A program made the position numbers and the translations under genes. The notes under the pieces were generated by a model, which made no database searches, was not told the DNA's origin, and was given only the letters and a program-made list of their open reading frames with translations. A DNA stretch of 63,712 nucleotides, counting the filler, from Octopus bimaculoides (Eukaryota), in the NCBI RefSeq assembly GCF_001194135.2. It is 5 parts of 5 records of this genome, joined end to end, with 100 filler letters (N's around TTAATTAATTAA, not from the genome) between each part and the next. Parts side by side here need not be neighbours in the genome. Positions count along the whole stretch, not along the records: positions 48,991 to 57,443 come from NC_068989.1; positions 57,544 to 62,585 come from NC_068987.1; positions 62,686 to 63,712 come from NW_026407396.1; 2 more parts are not named here. One strand, 5' to 3'. Every line of letters starts with the position of its first letter. Positions within the stretch are counted from its first letter, which is position 1. Below, in pieces: positions 54,048 to 63,712 of the stretch.

Positions 54048-54524
54048 ATTTATTATTAATCACGACAATTGGTTCGACACATCAAGCATCTAAAGTTTGA
54101 ACATTTTGCTGATCCCTTTTTCTGTAAAACAGGAAATTTTTTCCATTTAAATTTCCTGTCTTTTAAGATTACCACGTTGAGGTGATTGTTGGTTTTTATA
54201 GGGGAAAGGCCACCACTGATTTTTAACGGTTATTTTCAATACTTTTCTCGCTGGATTACGTGTTCGTTTCTCTTTTTGTCTTCTGCAGTTTTATTTTTGA
54301 TCTTCTATATATATGAAGATTTTTCCTCCGTCTGGCTGGTTTTCTCTCTAAAAAAAACAGTAAGTTACGTTGTGGAACAGTCATTTTAACGAGTTGTTTT
54401 TATTTAGTTATCACACGACGAGATACATCTGCACCACCGGATGCTCCTGAACCAGTTGTTGAGTGTCCCACGAAAGGAATCGATGCTAGATGTGTCGAAA
54501 CAATTATCGTGATTAATAATAAAT
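54048..54524 (+). repeat. 43-bp inverted repeats bounding ~390 bp (Penelope-like layout)
   Basis: 54048-54090 vs 54482-54524, 3 mismatches. Arm consensus includes GAAACAATTGTCGTG and AATAAA. Confidence 0.6.
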
Positions 54525-55113
54525 TCTATTATTTTCTATAAGTATTACATTTATTTCTAATAATATTTTTTAACATTTTTCTATCTTGATATAAGTATTT
54601 TTATATAAATTCATTTGTTATTTATTGTTGATTGATATATATACATTCATTTTATTATTATTATTGTTGTTGTATTTTGACCTGAAGATTAGCTATATTT
54701 TTGAATAGAATTGATTTTCGATCGATTTAATCGATTTGATTACATTTTATTTTCTATTTGAAAATTTGGTTATGAAACACGTGTAGTCGTTTTATTATTT
54801 TATGATTATTACTTTGTAATTTATTATAGTTCTTTTTAGTGTATTTACTTATTAATTTTTTCTATATGTGACTGTGGATTTTCATGGATGAGTTCATGAA
54901 CTTTGATTCTTTTCTCTAAATTATATATTTATATATTATATACTGTGAAACTTAATTTNNNNNNNNNNNNNNNNNNNNNNNNNNNNNNNNNNNNNNNNNN
55001 NNNNNNNNNNNNNNNNNNNNNNNNNNNNNNNNNNNNNNNNNNNNNNNNNNNNNNNNNNNNNNNNNNNNNNNNNNNNNNNNNNNNNNNNNNNNNNNNNNNN
55101 NNNNNNNNNNNNN

Positions 55114-55145
<32 letters not shown>

Positions 55146-56589
55146 CGCATCATTTATTGTTACATTAATACAAAAGGTGCTCATGCAATACAAGCAGAGT
55201 AAATTTAATATGAAACGACGTATAATACAAGTAAAATAGATCTTCATCAGAAATTTAACATTTAGGTTCATTTTTTAACATAAGAGCATATTCTTGTTGC
55301 CGTGTTGTCACGATATGTTTCTTAATCTGTCGCACCGGGTTCAATATGTAGCTGTGATAACGGTTATGAGTCAAGAGCGAACTCCATCAAGAACCAAATT
55401 TGCTCTAACTTTTCGCGCCAAAATGAGCAGTGTTTGTAAACTCTGTTCATAGAAAATTCTAATCATGCCGCCGGCTATCACGTGAACAAAAGTTGTTGAT
55501 TAGACGGAAAATGTGTTTTCATACCTGATCATCTTGTTTTTCCGAGATGCCAAACGTGGCGTCGAATCCAATTGTTATAACTTTAACATCGATGTCGTAT
55601 TTGGTGATAAAAATAGAAACTAACATTTTGATGTAAGTCACCAAGTGCAATTATGTCATCAGAAGCATTAACCAAAGTTAGTTTTTAAAATTTTATTAAT
55701 AAAAATTTATAGATTTTCAATATACAATATTTTCAGTTTCGGGATAGAAACCCTTTTAAAGCCAAATTTCAAAAAGATATTTTCTGACCCAAGTTTTTCC
55801 ATTGGATTTGCAGTAAACTGGTAGGTAAAGCTTGCTGAACCGTCTAAAAGCATGTTAATCAATAGATCGCTATATCAACGTGGGCGATTCGAAACTTCCA
55901 GCAGCATTTACCTCCATTGTTAGACCATCATTAGCCACTTTCAATGCAAGTTGCGATTTTCTTTCATCGTCAAGTCATATTAGGTATTTGTTTCCCCAAT
56001 CATGTTTCGACGATATTATCAATATAAACTCATCTTCAATGATTTTTGCATTTTTATTCCACTGGATATCTGGCTTTGCACCATCGTCTGCACTTCCATT
56101 TTCGCTTACAATCTTAACGTTATTGATTCAAAATGGTTTTCAAACCTGTAGAATAATCCAGAATTAAAAAAAAATGTTTCTCCTTCAGTTTCGTTTTCTT
56201 TGGACGACTACAGACTAACAACATTCTCTATTTTTAGTCATTTGACTAGAAGTATTGTGTTTTTTATTGCAATCTTCAATCCAAATTGGCAAAATAAGTT
56301 CCACTTCAATAATCACAATACTTCTGTTCCCTGTTCGGAAATTCGGTAATAAAGCAATGCTTATATCTATGTCCTTTAAAATTTTCTTTTTCTGAATAAT
56401 ATTACACCCAATTCATTTACCGAAAGGCCTGGTCAATGTCTACTTTAGATTTAGTAGCACAACTTTTATGCTCGCAAATTATTGCACAATTTTATTTTAA
56501 TTCGGTAACTTAACTCTTCTTTTTACCCCTTTTATCATTTCTACAAGCGATACTCACTCGTTTAGAATTCATGAGAATAAACAAGCGCA

Positions 56590-57119
56590 TGATGCCAAAT
56601 CAAAATCTGGAAGGCACAAGCATGGACAGCCTGTCACAAACTAAAGAAGATCTGGAACTCCAGATTGTCCAGGCAAATCAAAATCAAGCTGTATGTTGCA
56701 ACTGTTGAATCAGTACTATTATATGACAGTAAAACATGAACACTGACAAACAAATTATCAAATGGGCTAAATGGATGCTACACAAAGATACTACGAATTG
56801 CCCTAAATGTGAAATAGCTGCAACATATGACAAATTAATACCTTTATGGAGAACTGTCGAAAGTTAGCGAGAAAATCAAGCAAAGACGGTAGTGATTATC
56901 TGGTCACTGCGTGCGTCACCTTGACTTGGAAGCATCCAAATCAGTCTTGCGGAGCCCACTCCATGCTGATGCAAGAAATGGATAACGTCGTCACACTTTC
57001 ATCGACAACTTGATTGCAGACACTGGCTTGGAATGTATCAGGAACCTCGAAGCAGTAATGATAGACCGTGAAGTGTGGCGAGTGGAGTTTGTTGCTGCGG
57101 CCCGAGTTAGAACCCGGCC

Positions 57120-57123
<4 letters not shown>
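56590..57123 (+). mobile_element. RTE/RTEX-type LINE 3' end (post-RT region, several stops)
   Basis: One frame reads KAQAWTACHKLKKIWNSRLSRQIKIKLYVATVESVLLYDSKT*...NGCYTKILRIALNV...LSGHCVRH...DREVWR...VRTRP*. The stop codon is the first TAA of the tail. Confidence 0.8.

Positions 57124-57184
<61 letters not shown>
57121..57184 (+). repeat. (TAA)n
   Basis: Directly visible. Confidence 0.95.
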
Positions 57185-57185
57185 T

Positions 57186-57443
57186 AGCATAAACTGTGGC
57201 ATTTTCCAGGGTGACTCGCTCTTACCACTAATTTTCTGCATAGCACTGATACCACTCTCAAGTGAACTGAATAGAACAGGGTATGGCTATAAAATTGACA
57301 ACAAGAAAATAAGCCATCTATTTTATATGGATGATTTAAAGCTATATGGCAATGATGAAGAGCTTCAGGGACTATTACATACTGTGAAAGGATTCAGTGA
57401 TGATATCGGGATGGAGTTTGGCCTTGAAAAGTGTGCCAAAGCC
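57186..57443 (+). mobile_element. R4/Dong-like LINE reverse transcriptase fragment (5'-truncated; not in ORF track)
   Basis: From 57189: INCGIFQGDSLLPLIFCIALIPLSSELNRTGYGYKIDNKKISHLFYMDDLKLY...FSDDIGMEFGLEKCAKA, open up to the gap. Confidence 0.9.
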
Positions 57444-57543
57444 NNNNNNNNNNNNNNNNNNNNNNNNNNNNNNNNNNNNNNNNNNNNTTAATTAATTAAN
57501 NNNNNNNNNNNNNNNNNNNNNNNNNNNNNNNNNNNNNNNNNNN

Positions 57544-57780
57544 GCACATAAAATACACCATTTTGAGCGTAGCCGTTGCCAGTACCGCCTGACTGGCCTT
57601 CGTGCGGGTGGCACGTAAAAGCACCCACCACACTCTCTGAGTGGTTGGTGTTAGGAAGGGCATCCAGCTGTAGAAACTCTGCCAAATCAGATTGGAGCCT
57701 GGTGTAGCCATCTGGTTTCACTAGTCCTCAGTCAAATCGTCCAACCCATGCTAGAATGGAAAGCGGACGTTAAACGACGA

Positions 57781-57783
<3 letters not shown>
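57544..57783 (+). mobile_element. RTE-tailed SINE (or RTE 3' UTR) fragment
   Basis: aaaagcacc...ttaggaagggcatcca...ccaacccatgctagaatggaaagcggacgttaaacgacgatga is homologous to the reverse complement of 61067-61230. Confidence 0.7.
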
Positions 57784-57837
<54 letters not shown>

Positions 57838-58632
57838 TTAATAATAGTACTGTCAATAATCGTAAACCCTCACAATGAGAATAGTAACATTAATGGTAAA
57901 GTGGCAGATAGAAATGGCAGTGTTAATACTTCTAATATACACAATATAGACTGTAGCTCTGGTGCCTATACTAGCATAGAAATTAATGATATGCCTGTTG
58001 ATGTTGAAGCAGATTTGAATAATACTACAGTTGAAGGAGGAATAGATAATAGCAGACTTGAACATAACACACTCGATAATAGTAGTAGGATTAATAATAA
58101 TAGTGATAATATTAATAATAACAACAATATGAATATCAATAATATTAATATTAACAGTAGTAATTCTCCTAGTTGCAATTGTAGAGTTAGATCCTACTAT
58201 CTGTTATTAGGCCGATGTCTTACCCAGAACGTAATTTATAAATGTACAGTCATAACTATAATTAGTAACTTTATATATATAGGATGTTCGATTAATATGA
58301 AAAAACGTATTTATAATAATTTTTCCTCTTTTAGACTTAAGCACAATGCTAATTGTACATCATTATCTAGTAAGATTTGGGAACTGAAGGAAAGCAGGAT
58401 TGAGTCTAATCTTAAATGGGATATAATAAGGAAAGCACAGCCTTATAGAAATAGTAGATACGGATGTGAGCTGTGCTGTATGGAAACATATGAGATTTTT
58501 AAGCATAAGGATAAGAGCAACCTGATTAACAATAGATTAGACCTAAGGGTATCATGCATACATAGTGTCACCTGTACATTTAAATATTTTCGAAAATCGC
58601 ATTTTATAGGCGTTGTGCTTCAACTGAATTGA
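57784..58632 (+). mobile_element. Penelope-like element C-terminal ORF: Asn-rich linker plus GIY-YIG endonuclease (Naiad-like motifs)
   Basis: ORF 57901-58632 (frame open from 57784): CNCR..LLGRCL...VIYKCTV...YIGCS...KRIYNNFSSF...TSLSSKIWELK...WDII..AQPY...CELCCME...NLINNR...SCIH. No RT is visible. Confidence 0.8.
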
Positions 58633-58808
58633 TGGAAACTAATTTTAAAAATTTTTTATTGTTGTATCTAATTATACTTACCCTCTAGTATTATATATAT
58701 ATAATTAATCAGGTTACACGAGGCATTAAAATATATTGCATATAATATAAGCTATATAGTATAGTGAGTTTGTGTTCTACATGGAATTAGTATACTATCC
58801 TATGAATA

Positions 58809-59485
58809 TTCATCATGGTTTTAGTAATTAAACTATTTATTCCTTTCTATAGTGTTCCACCCTTCTGATCATATTATTTTTATAAAGACCTTTATGTAAG
58901 TAGTCCTCCTAATTATGTACCCCTAGGAAACTATATTATCATGTATATATTAACACTGGAAACTTTACAATGTATATTATACCTCTTAGCTTATAATTAA
59001 TATATAGTTAGCATGTTCTATTGTCCCCAATATTCCATTAGTAAATACCAGTGATAAGTCTTTATAGATACCACCTAATAAATAAATAATTAAGTAAAAT
59101 TATACAATTATTAAACAAATTCTATATAATCTTCTCTTTTCTATTGATGATAATATGATATATATACTTCATCATGGGTTTAGTGATTAAACTATTTATT
59201 CCTTTCTATGGTATTCTACCCTACTGATCATATTATTTTTATAACAGCCTTTATGTAAGTAAACCTCCTAATTTTGAATTTTATATAAGCTTGTATATAA
59301 TAGCACCGGTAACTTCACAACTTATAATATACCTCTTAGATTTAGATTATAATTAATATATAGTTTGCATGTTCTATCGCCCTGGTGTTCCTTTATAGAT
59401 ACTAACTAATAAGTAAATAATTAAGTATATGAATGAATACTAAAGTAATTCCATATTAAAAAAATTTCTCTCTCTATTGTTGAAA
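58809..59485 (+). repeat. Diverged tandem duplication, period 359 bp
   Basis: ttcatcatgg.tttagt.attaaactatttattcctttctat... at 58809 and 59168. Confidence 0.85.
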
Positions 59486-60750
59486 ATTTTAGTATATATT
59501 CAAAATTATTCAAAATTTATCTCTTTGGTTATAATATTTTTGTTGGTAACCGTAAATTTTATCATTATACAATATAACAATATTGTTTAAATCAATCACC
59601 TGTAGTACTCCATGATAAAATTTTGTCTGTATTATCATCATTGATTTTATTAGTGTCTTGCCCCTTTAACTGGTAATTAACATCTTGATTTGAGTTCTTC
59701 CACTACCCAACCTCATTATAGCCAGTTATTTTATACTACTTCAAACAAGTTTTATGACTATACCCATTATGATTCTGTCAACTCCCTCATGCCCTTTCCT
59801 AACAGACACTATTCTCTAGTCTTAGATTTGAATATACAAAGATTTGATAAACAAGACTAATGAATTAAAACTGAACCGAAATCAGTGACAAGCTATGACC
59901 CTAACAAATTCTTTTTCCTGATGTCTTAGAAGCTTCTAAGCTGAAGTGAAAACAGTCTGTCTTCTTACCCTCTTAGAGGATTTAAGTAAAAATTATACAA
60001 ATATGTCCAACTGATTAAATAAATTCTATATATTTATTTATTCATGAAGCTGAAGATAGCCCTGCATTTAAATTGCTGTAATGATTGCATTGTTCAATTA
60101 AATGGAGCCGCATAAAACAGTCGTACTGCATCACCTCTGGATATCCTGTTGCTTATTTTGATTTTGTGTGTGTGTGTGTGTGCGTGTGTGTGTGTGCGTG
60201 TGTGTGTGTGTATCTAAAAATCAAATGAATAGCCTATAATTTGTCTGAAGTCAAATTATTCATGCATCACAATTATCAAAGCAATTGGTGAAGCTGTTTT
60301 CGCGTGAAAAGTGAATATGCACACATCTCTATTTTATATATTAGATTAATTAATTAATTTCTTCTGAACAGGTATTACTCCCTTCTTTACTCAAGGTTTT
60401 TTCGATATTATATAATATAATGTATTCATATTGTACTATTCAATTTACACCCCCTTCACCCTGATCAGCCCAACCATTAGCTAAAACAAAACCATTTATG
60501 TTTTTAAAAATAAGTTAACCAATCAAATCCAAATGCTTATTCATTAAAATCGATTATATCAAATCATATGTTACATGTACCATAACAATTTCATTCCAGT
60601 CTTGATCGCAACTGTCTGACAAACAGGAACAGGAAACTCTGAGTAACAGTTTTTTGTGATGTTTTTGCGGGTTTAATAAAAATGTATATTACTCTACCTT
60701 TGATATTTGAGTACTATTTTTTCCACCTTTTTTTGCATTTATATGCTTAC

Positions 60751-60803
<53 letters not shown>

Positions 60804-61066
60804 GTAGAGAGAGGGGGAACAACTCTTTCTATTTGATTTATCCTATTCTGTTTCTATTATTTCTTTTCCTTCTCTGTCCTTCTCTGAATTTTCACTGAGA
60901 ACTTTGCTAGTCTGTGATTTAATTAAAGCTTATATTCTATTAGTTCTGCAATAAGTAATCAGAGCATTTTTATCAAGACCAATTAAGTGCTGGAATTTAT
61001 TTTTCTTAAATGCTGTTAATTCTGATTAGAAATTTCACTTGTTGATGATAATGGTATTTGATGATC

Positions 61067-62290
61067 ATCTTCATCATTTAACATCCATTTTCCATGCTGG
61101 CATGGATTGAATTGTTCTATAGGAACTGGCATATTAGAAAATTGCATCAGTCTCTGCTATCTGCTTTGCTATGGATGCTTTTCCTAATGTCAATCACATT
61201 AAGGAGTGTACTGGGTGCTTTTTTATATCGCATAACAGTGGCAATGTAACCAAGTAACAGGCAAGACAAGACCCCTCAACTGAGAGTGTGGGGTGTATCG
61301 AAGGACAGAAAAAGTAGTCTTGCATTAGAAGGGAAACATGGTGGGTAGAGAGGAGGGAGAATGAGAGAGAAGATGGTGCTGCTGGCGATTGGTGAGGATG
61401 AGGGGTTGTGAAGTAGAGTAGTGGATGCAGGTGTGGTGCAGTGAGTGGGCACAGGTAGGGGGAAGAGGAATTGGGAGGATAATTTGTGGGGAAGAGATTT
61501 GGTGGGAATATAATATATGCAGGCTGGTATTTGAGGGAGAGTGGGGTGAATGCAGCATTTGGTGAACATTGATGAAGGGAAAGGGGTTTGGGAAGATGGG
61601 TTGTGGCAGAATTTGGTGTGTTGGGAGACAGATTGCATGCTGGTGGTGGAGGGGGACATAAAAGACATGCCTTTATGGCCTCGATTTTACTTAGTGGGTT
61701 TTCTTAATCCCAGTGAAATGCAAATTGTCTTAGTCCTTTGTTATCTCCTCTCTTAGGCTCAGTATCTGAAGATCACTTTTCACCACTTTGTCCCATGTAT
61801 TCCTGGGTTTGCCTTTTCCTGAGGTACCCTCCACATTTTGAGATTGGCACTTCTTTATTCGGCTGTCCTCATCTATATGCATCATATGACCATACCAGTG
61901 CAGTCTTCTCTCTTGCATACTACATCTAATGCTTCTTATATCCAATGTTTCTCTTAAAACATTTATGCTCTGTCATACCTGCACATTGACATTGCACTGC
62001 AAGCCTTTTCATGTTCTCTGCAGTCACAGCCTATGTTTCACTGCCGTGTAGCATGGCTGTCCATACTCAGGTTTCTTACAATCTGCCATTCACTCTGAAG
62101 TTGTTACCTCCTTTTGAGGTCTGCTGTTCTTGGTCAGAGCTGGCCCTTGGTACTTGAAAGTATCCACTTTGTCAACTCTCTCTGTTCAACATGATGTTGG
62201 TTGCTGTTTTCAGGTTGTTAATGTTAAACCAGTATGTTGTTTTTTTCTAGGCTGATCTCCATCCTGTATGCATCTTGTCATACACCCTCT
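61067..62290 (-). mobile_element. RTE-clade LINE 3' portion (degraded ORF end plus 3' UTR)
   Basis: Reverse complement gives TAMLHGSET*AVTAENMKRL and ORF 61730-61945 QERRLHWYGHMM...GKGKPRNTWDKVVKSDL. 3' tail ccatgccagcatggaaaatggatgttaaatgatga. Confidence 0.8.
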
Positions 62291-62685
62291 GTTGCCCTGA
62301 AGAATTCTCTGATGTTTAGGAAAAATGCACCATTTTTTGTGCTTGTCTATTATACTCTGTAATTATATACTGATGTTATGATGTTATACTGAATTCATTC
62401 ATTATCTAAACTTTGGATTTACAAATTGGACTGGTGGCAGAAAAGGAATTTACAGCCTATGTGGTTACTGTGGCATTCTCTGATCAGTTAGGTAGCTGGG
62501 CTTGATTTTTACAGAGTGCTTAAAAAGTATTCGCCTTGGTTCTTTAATCCATTTTTCTTCAAATATATATATATATATATATATANNNNNNNNNNNNNNN
62601 NNNNNNNNNNNNNNNNNNNNNNNNNNNNNTTAATTAATTAANNNNNNNNNNNNNNNNNNNNNNNNNNNNNNNNNNNNNNNNNNNN

Positions 62686-62726
<41 letters not shown>

Positions 62727-63239
62727 ATGGTGGCTGAATAAATCTATAGTTATATTCTATAGTACTGTATGATATTACCTTTATTTATTTTATCTCAACA
62801 ACTCGATGTATACTTTCCTTGATATCACATGAAATATTAAGGAATAGAACACAATGTTTACATGTGGGGTTTATTGCATATCTACTTGTAAACCGAAAAG
62901 AAAGAGAAAAGAAACAACTTGTTTGAAAGAACTTGTATAAATTTAACTTGGATGAAAATGGAAATTTTGTTTGGAATTGGTCTAGGTCCCCTTTCGGCCA
63001 AGGAAATATAGTCCATTGATTACAAACAAATATATTATTCCTGTCATGCATTAGATTGTAGTGATATTCTATTGAATAAGATTTAAAGTGAAAACTATCA
63101 TAAACCGAAACTAAATAAACACTAAAACATTTAGCTTACCACAATCGTCATAAAATAGGAGAAGCGAAAACAGTCATTGAGTTAAACTGATTCAAAGAAA
63201 CGTAGAAATTAATAGTCAAGGAATCAAGAGACAGAGAAT

Positions 63240-63258
63240 TAGATAGAGAGATAGATAA

Positions 63259-63334
<76 letters not shown>

Positions 63335-63440
63335 TCAGACAGTCATACAGAGAGACAGACGGACGGACGGACGGGCGGACGGACGGACGGGCGGACGGAC
63401 GGACGGACGGACGGATGGATGGATGGATGGATGGATGGGT
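63240..63440 (+). repeat. Compound (GATA)/(GACG)/(GATG) microsatellite
   Basis: Directly visible. Confidence 0.95.
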
Positions 63441-63712
63441 AAAACTAAGGAGATACAATAGGTTGATATATCTATAAATGGATAGTTAGAGACTGAGAAA
63501 AGCTGGGGTTAGTGACTAAGAATCATAGACGTATCCACAGAATAGAGAGAGACAATTAAGTAACAACGCAAAAATATACAAACAAGCAGATAGAATGTAA
63601 TAAATAGACAGAAACACAGGCAGTGTGGCAGAGTGCCACACAATTCAATCGATAAATATATTGACTTATAGACAGAGACAAGATGGGCAAACATATACCA
63701 AGATCATATATA

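Noticed and set aside
55300-56400. Possible decayed Helitron helicase or other transposase on the minus strand
   Set aside because: No convincing conserved motif was recovered in any frame.

Overview
AT-rich, microsatellite-dense eukaryotic DNA with many N gaps. The SINE families and the repeat style resemble an octopus (coleoid cephalopod) draft assembly; this is an inference from recognised repeats, not a database result. I found no host protein-coding exon I can support, no rRNA, no intact tRNA and no CRISPR array. Almost all track ORFs are microsatellite or N-gap artefacts. The window is a transposon graveyard: a Tx1/L1-like LINE (APE endonuclease, minus), R4/Dong-like LINE pieces sitting in (TAA)n, two RTE-type LINE 3' ends, Ty3/Gypsy RT and Tc1 remnants, a non-autonomous Helitron, a Penelope-like GIY-YIG ORF, several tRNA-derived SINE families and foldback/MITE elements. 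The most interesting structures are: (1) a tRNA-headed non-coding element carrying a Penelope-type minimal hammerhead ribozyme, an inverted copy of its 3' end and a 13-bp TSD (29935-30479), with related ORF-less hammerhead elements elsewhere; (2) a TIR element with a perfect 9-bp TSD and Merlin-like GGTAC termini whose interior is inverted telomeric TTAGGG repeats (49932-50308); (3) a ~300-bp tandem array with a tRNA-Thr-like cassette in each unit (18348-19243); (4) a near-perfect 247-bp hairpin (43228-43474); and (5) a chain of retroelements stacked in (TAA)n repeats (56590-58632). All calls are by eye, and novelty could not be checked.
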